Source: Amoebidium appalachense
Taxonomy: Eukaryota > Protista > Ichthyosporea
NCBI GenBank assembly: GCA_963693365.1
Contig: CAVNZM010000007.1
Span: 9,731,962-9,795,961, forward strand
Direction of reading: 5' to 3'
DNA length: 64,000 bases
Both the position numbers and the translations under genes were made by a program. Below, one piece after another: positions 60,946 to 64,000 of the stretch. The notes under the pieces are model-generated. The model did no database searches. It saw nothing but the letters and a program-made list of their open reading frames with translations, and was not told the DNA's origin. Every line of letters begins with the position of its first letter. Within the stretch, counting starts at the first letter, position 1.

Positions 60946-63515
60946 GCTTAAAGAATAACCAACCCTCTGCACTGTTTTTGCAGGCCAAGGGTGGTCCGTG
61001 TGCAGTGCTGGCGCCTGTCCAGGCATACATCATTGACTACCTATTGTGTAACCAACACCCCCCCCTCCCCCCTTTTTTTTTTTTTGGGGGGGGGGGGGGG
61101 GGGCGCCCACCTACCTGCCCCTCAACCACACACCTATCCATTCACCAAGACACCTGCCCCCACACATACCCACACTCCCACCCACACACTAACACAACCA
61201 CACCATCGGCACACCCACACACCAACACAACCACACATCCGCACGCCCACACACCAACACAACCACACATCCGCACACCCACACACCAACACAACCACAC
61301 TTCCGCACACCCACACAAATACACATGGACCAACACCATCATCCCCATTTGCGATAGCCATCCCGCCCCCCCCCCCCCCCCCCCCCCCCGGTCTGCCTCC
61401 CTCGTTATTGTTTTGCCCCATTATGGCCTTGTTTCAGTCGGCTGCCCCACCACCATGTGATTCACACACCCTTACCCCCCGCATCATCATACTATTTGCT
61501 GTGGTATGGTGCTTCAAGACCCACTTTCCTTTTGCGCCTAGAACTCTTAGGACAATCGGGCAGCCATGACTCAATGCGTTGGGTTCATATAGCTGCTGCA
61601 TGGTTCGTCTTTTCAAGGTTCGTTTCGGGGACCATCAATATATTTCATGGTGAAGATTTGACTAATTATCAGGAACACTTTGGATTCACAAAGCTGCCTG
61701 TAAAACCTCCGTTAGTGAGAAATCTGTGATTTGGATTCACAAAGCTGCCTGTAAAACCTCCGTTAGTGAGAAATCTGTGATCAAAGAAACAGATCCAAAC
61801 GCCTGAGCACATTGGAATCTCGCCTACCTGTGCTCACTTTCTATTGCCCATGCAGTCAGCTCCAGCAATGGGGCGCAGGCAGCATCTGATTGGGCCAATC
61901 CTAGTGAAGAGCAGCAGACTAAGGCTCTGGCAAATGCAATGGCTACAATCATAGCGCAGGTAGGTGGTTGTCACCCGGAGGGAGCCGTGCATGTGTCTGT
62001 GTGAGAGGGGGGGGAGGGAGAATGCCCTGCAAAGTACGAAGTACACATATACGATGGACAACACAATGCAGATAGTGCAAGAAAGAAAAGCATATACAAA
62101 GAGTATGCATCATAAGTAGAGGGAAGCCCCGGGGGGGGGCGGGGGGAGGGGGAGGGGGGGAGGGGGGGAGAGGGGAGGGGGAGGGGGAGGGGGGAAGGGG
62201 GGAAGGGAGAGGGGGGTGGGGGGAGGAGGGAAAGTGTATGAGACGAAAGAATAGGATGGAGGTTGGGACCAAGTCAGGAAGGGTGGCACAGGCAGGACAA
62301 GCAGGTAGGAGGTAGTGTAATTGGGGCCTGACTGTGTGCATGCAGGCTGCAGCCACCAGTGGGCGGCACCCCACCCTGGTGATGGAGGAGGGGTCCTTCC
62401 CCCACAGCAACTTCGATGAGCTGCACCAGCACCTGACTGTCTGCGAGATAGGATCAACAGAGGTATTGGTCCCCCCCTTCCCCCCTTTCCCCCCCCCCCC
62501 CATCCCCCCCCCCTACTTCCCGTCCCCGCCCCCGCCCCTGCCGCCACACCACCCAGTTCTGTTTCTCTCTGTCATTGAAGAAACACTGGTGCCGTTTCCC
62601 ATGGCGAAGCAATGCTTTTTTTTTTTTTTCCCCCTTTTTCTGTCCGCCACGCAGGCACCTTTAGGGGACGGGGAGTGGGGGGAAAGGCTGCAAATAGTGT
62701 TTGTGGTAGACAGAGAAGATTGTTTATTAGGTCATGGGAAGAATGAGGTTCGGCACCATCAAGCACTGGGATGCCTACCTTTTGCAGCCTTCCCATGGGC
62801 ATGGACACAAACATCTTCGTTATAGTGGAATTGGTGGTCTCCTTCGTTATAATGGAGTTGGTGGCCTCCTTAATGGTGGTGGTGTCTGGGCATCGATGGA
62901 TGGGTGAGTGGGGTTGGATGGGTTAGTGTGGGTTGGTGGTTGGGTTGGGGTGGATGGGCGGGCGGGCGGGGTTGTGTGAGGGTGTGTGGGATGTGGGGGG
63001 CTGGGGGGCTGGGGAATAGAAGATATGCGGGTGCGTGGGTAGGGTGTGTGTGGGGGTGGAGAAGGAGGGGGGCATGATGTCACAACGGTCGCCACAATAT
63101 GCATATCTTTCAGGTGAGCAATCATGCCCTCTACATGGTAGACCATGCTGTGTTTCACTGATGTTTTGTGCACTGTGGTTGCTCAGGAGCTAGTGATGCT
63201 GCTGGAGTACAGTCTGGACCAGTTTAAAGCTACTAATGGCGTCATATTGTTCCTCTACTCTGTCATCCTCTCAAAGGTGAGTTGCCTTGCATGGCATTAC
63301 TTTAGAAGTCATGTTCCGTTGTTTGACTGCCCCCCCCCCCCCCCCCCCTTCTTCTATTTTTGAAAACCTGGAGGAGGGTTCTTATCTTGATGACAATATT
63401 GCCGTACCACCTGCCGTGAACAAAATACTTAGCCTGGCAGTCTGTGGATGTTGCTTGCATGCAGAGAATCGTATGCAATCCCCCCTCCCCCCCCCCCCCC
63501 CCTCCCCCCCCCCCC

Positions 63516-63546
<31 letters not shown>

Positions 63547-63740
63547 ATACACACACCCGCGTGCGCGCGAGCACACACACACACAGACACACACACGTGT
63601 TGGGCACACACATGTGGTCACACACTTATCCCTCCTCATCCCACATCCTCTCCCCTGCAGGGTATAGACCAGTTTCGAGAAGACCATATGGACATTGAAG
63701 ACACAAACCAGCCATTAGTGGGCAACTTTGGTCATGCAAG
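60946..63740 (+). CDS. MINDY3: MINDY-3-like deubiquitinase (DUF4205), partial; 5' exons probably near 59630-59870, continues past the window end
   Basis: Catalytic segment QAKGGPCAVLAPVQAYII; later exons 62346-62462, 63187-63276 (GVILFLYSVILSK) and 63661-63740 (GIDQFRED...PLVGNFGHA) follow MINDY-3 order. Confidence 0.8.
61679..61780. repeat. 2 x 51-bp perfect tandem repeat
   Basis: TTTGGATTCACAAAGCTGCC...AAATCTGTGA twice. Confidence 0.92.
62030..62125 (-). mobile_element. Diverged copy of the retroelement 3' tail between G-rich tracts
   Basis: AAAGTACGAAGTACAC...ATGCAGA...AAAGAGTATGCATCATAAGTAGAG matches ~11918-12001. Confidence 0.6.
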
Positions 63741-63765
63741 GTTCCCCCCCCCCCCCCCCCCTCCT

Positions 63766-63880
63766 CTGGAGGATGAGCTCTACGTATAATGCGCACTCTT
63801 TATGTGTTCTGTGCTCTTTGCAATCTGCATTGTGTTGTCCGTTATGAATGTGGACTTTGTACTTATAACACATCCTAAAC
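63766..63880 (+). mobile_element. Diverged copy of the retroelement 3' end after poly(C)
   Basis: GAGGATGAGCTCTACGTATAATGCGCACTCTTTATGT...CTGCATTGTGTTGTCCGTT resembles 4385-4460 and 27988-28060. Confidence 0.6.
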
Positions 63881-64000
63881 ACCCCTCCCCTTACGAACAT
63901 ACATGCATACCAACACATACCTACGCGAGCAGACATTATAGCAGGAAAACCCACATAGCTGCTTGTCACTCAAGGGTTTTTGCCCACCCATCCGTTCTAA

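Overview
Eukaryotic (probably protist) nuclear DNA with spliceosomal introns full of poly(C)/poly(G), (CA)n and (GA)n tracts; most ORFs in the supplied track are low-complexity artefacts. Reconstructed genes: a MYND-finger membrane protein, an intronless orphan (296 aa), a CYP7/CYP51-type cytochrome P450 (GC-AG intron 1), a ricin-B lectin-like type II membrane protein, a multi-exon PPR protein, a sulfatase pseudogene (5x41-bp exonic tandem repeat, frameshift, two internal stops), selenoprotein T (CSSU, in-frame UGA, type II SECIS), an SRPBCC/DUF2505-like protein, an aldo-keto reductase and part of a MINDY-3-like deubiquitinase. The most notable system is a 5'-truncated 4.1-kb Penelope-like retroelement (Naiad/Chlamys-type RT) inserted antisense in P450 intron 1 between 16-bp G-rich direct repeats. 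Its 2-kb 3' region contains several structured-RNA candidates and ends in a module with hammerhead core motifs (GAAAC before CUGAGGA) in an unusual arrangement. That terminal module recurs about 12 times in the window as variably 5'-truncated copies sitting in poly(C) tracts. All family assignments are by motif recognition only; no searches or folding programs were run.
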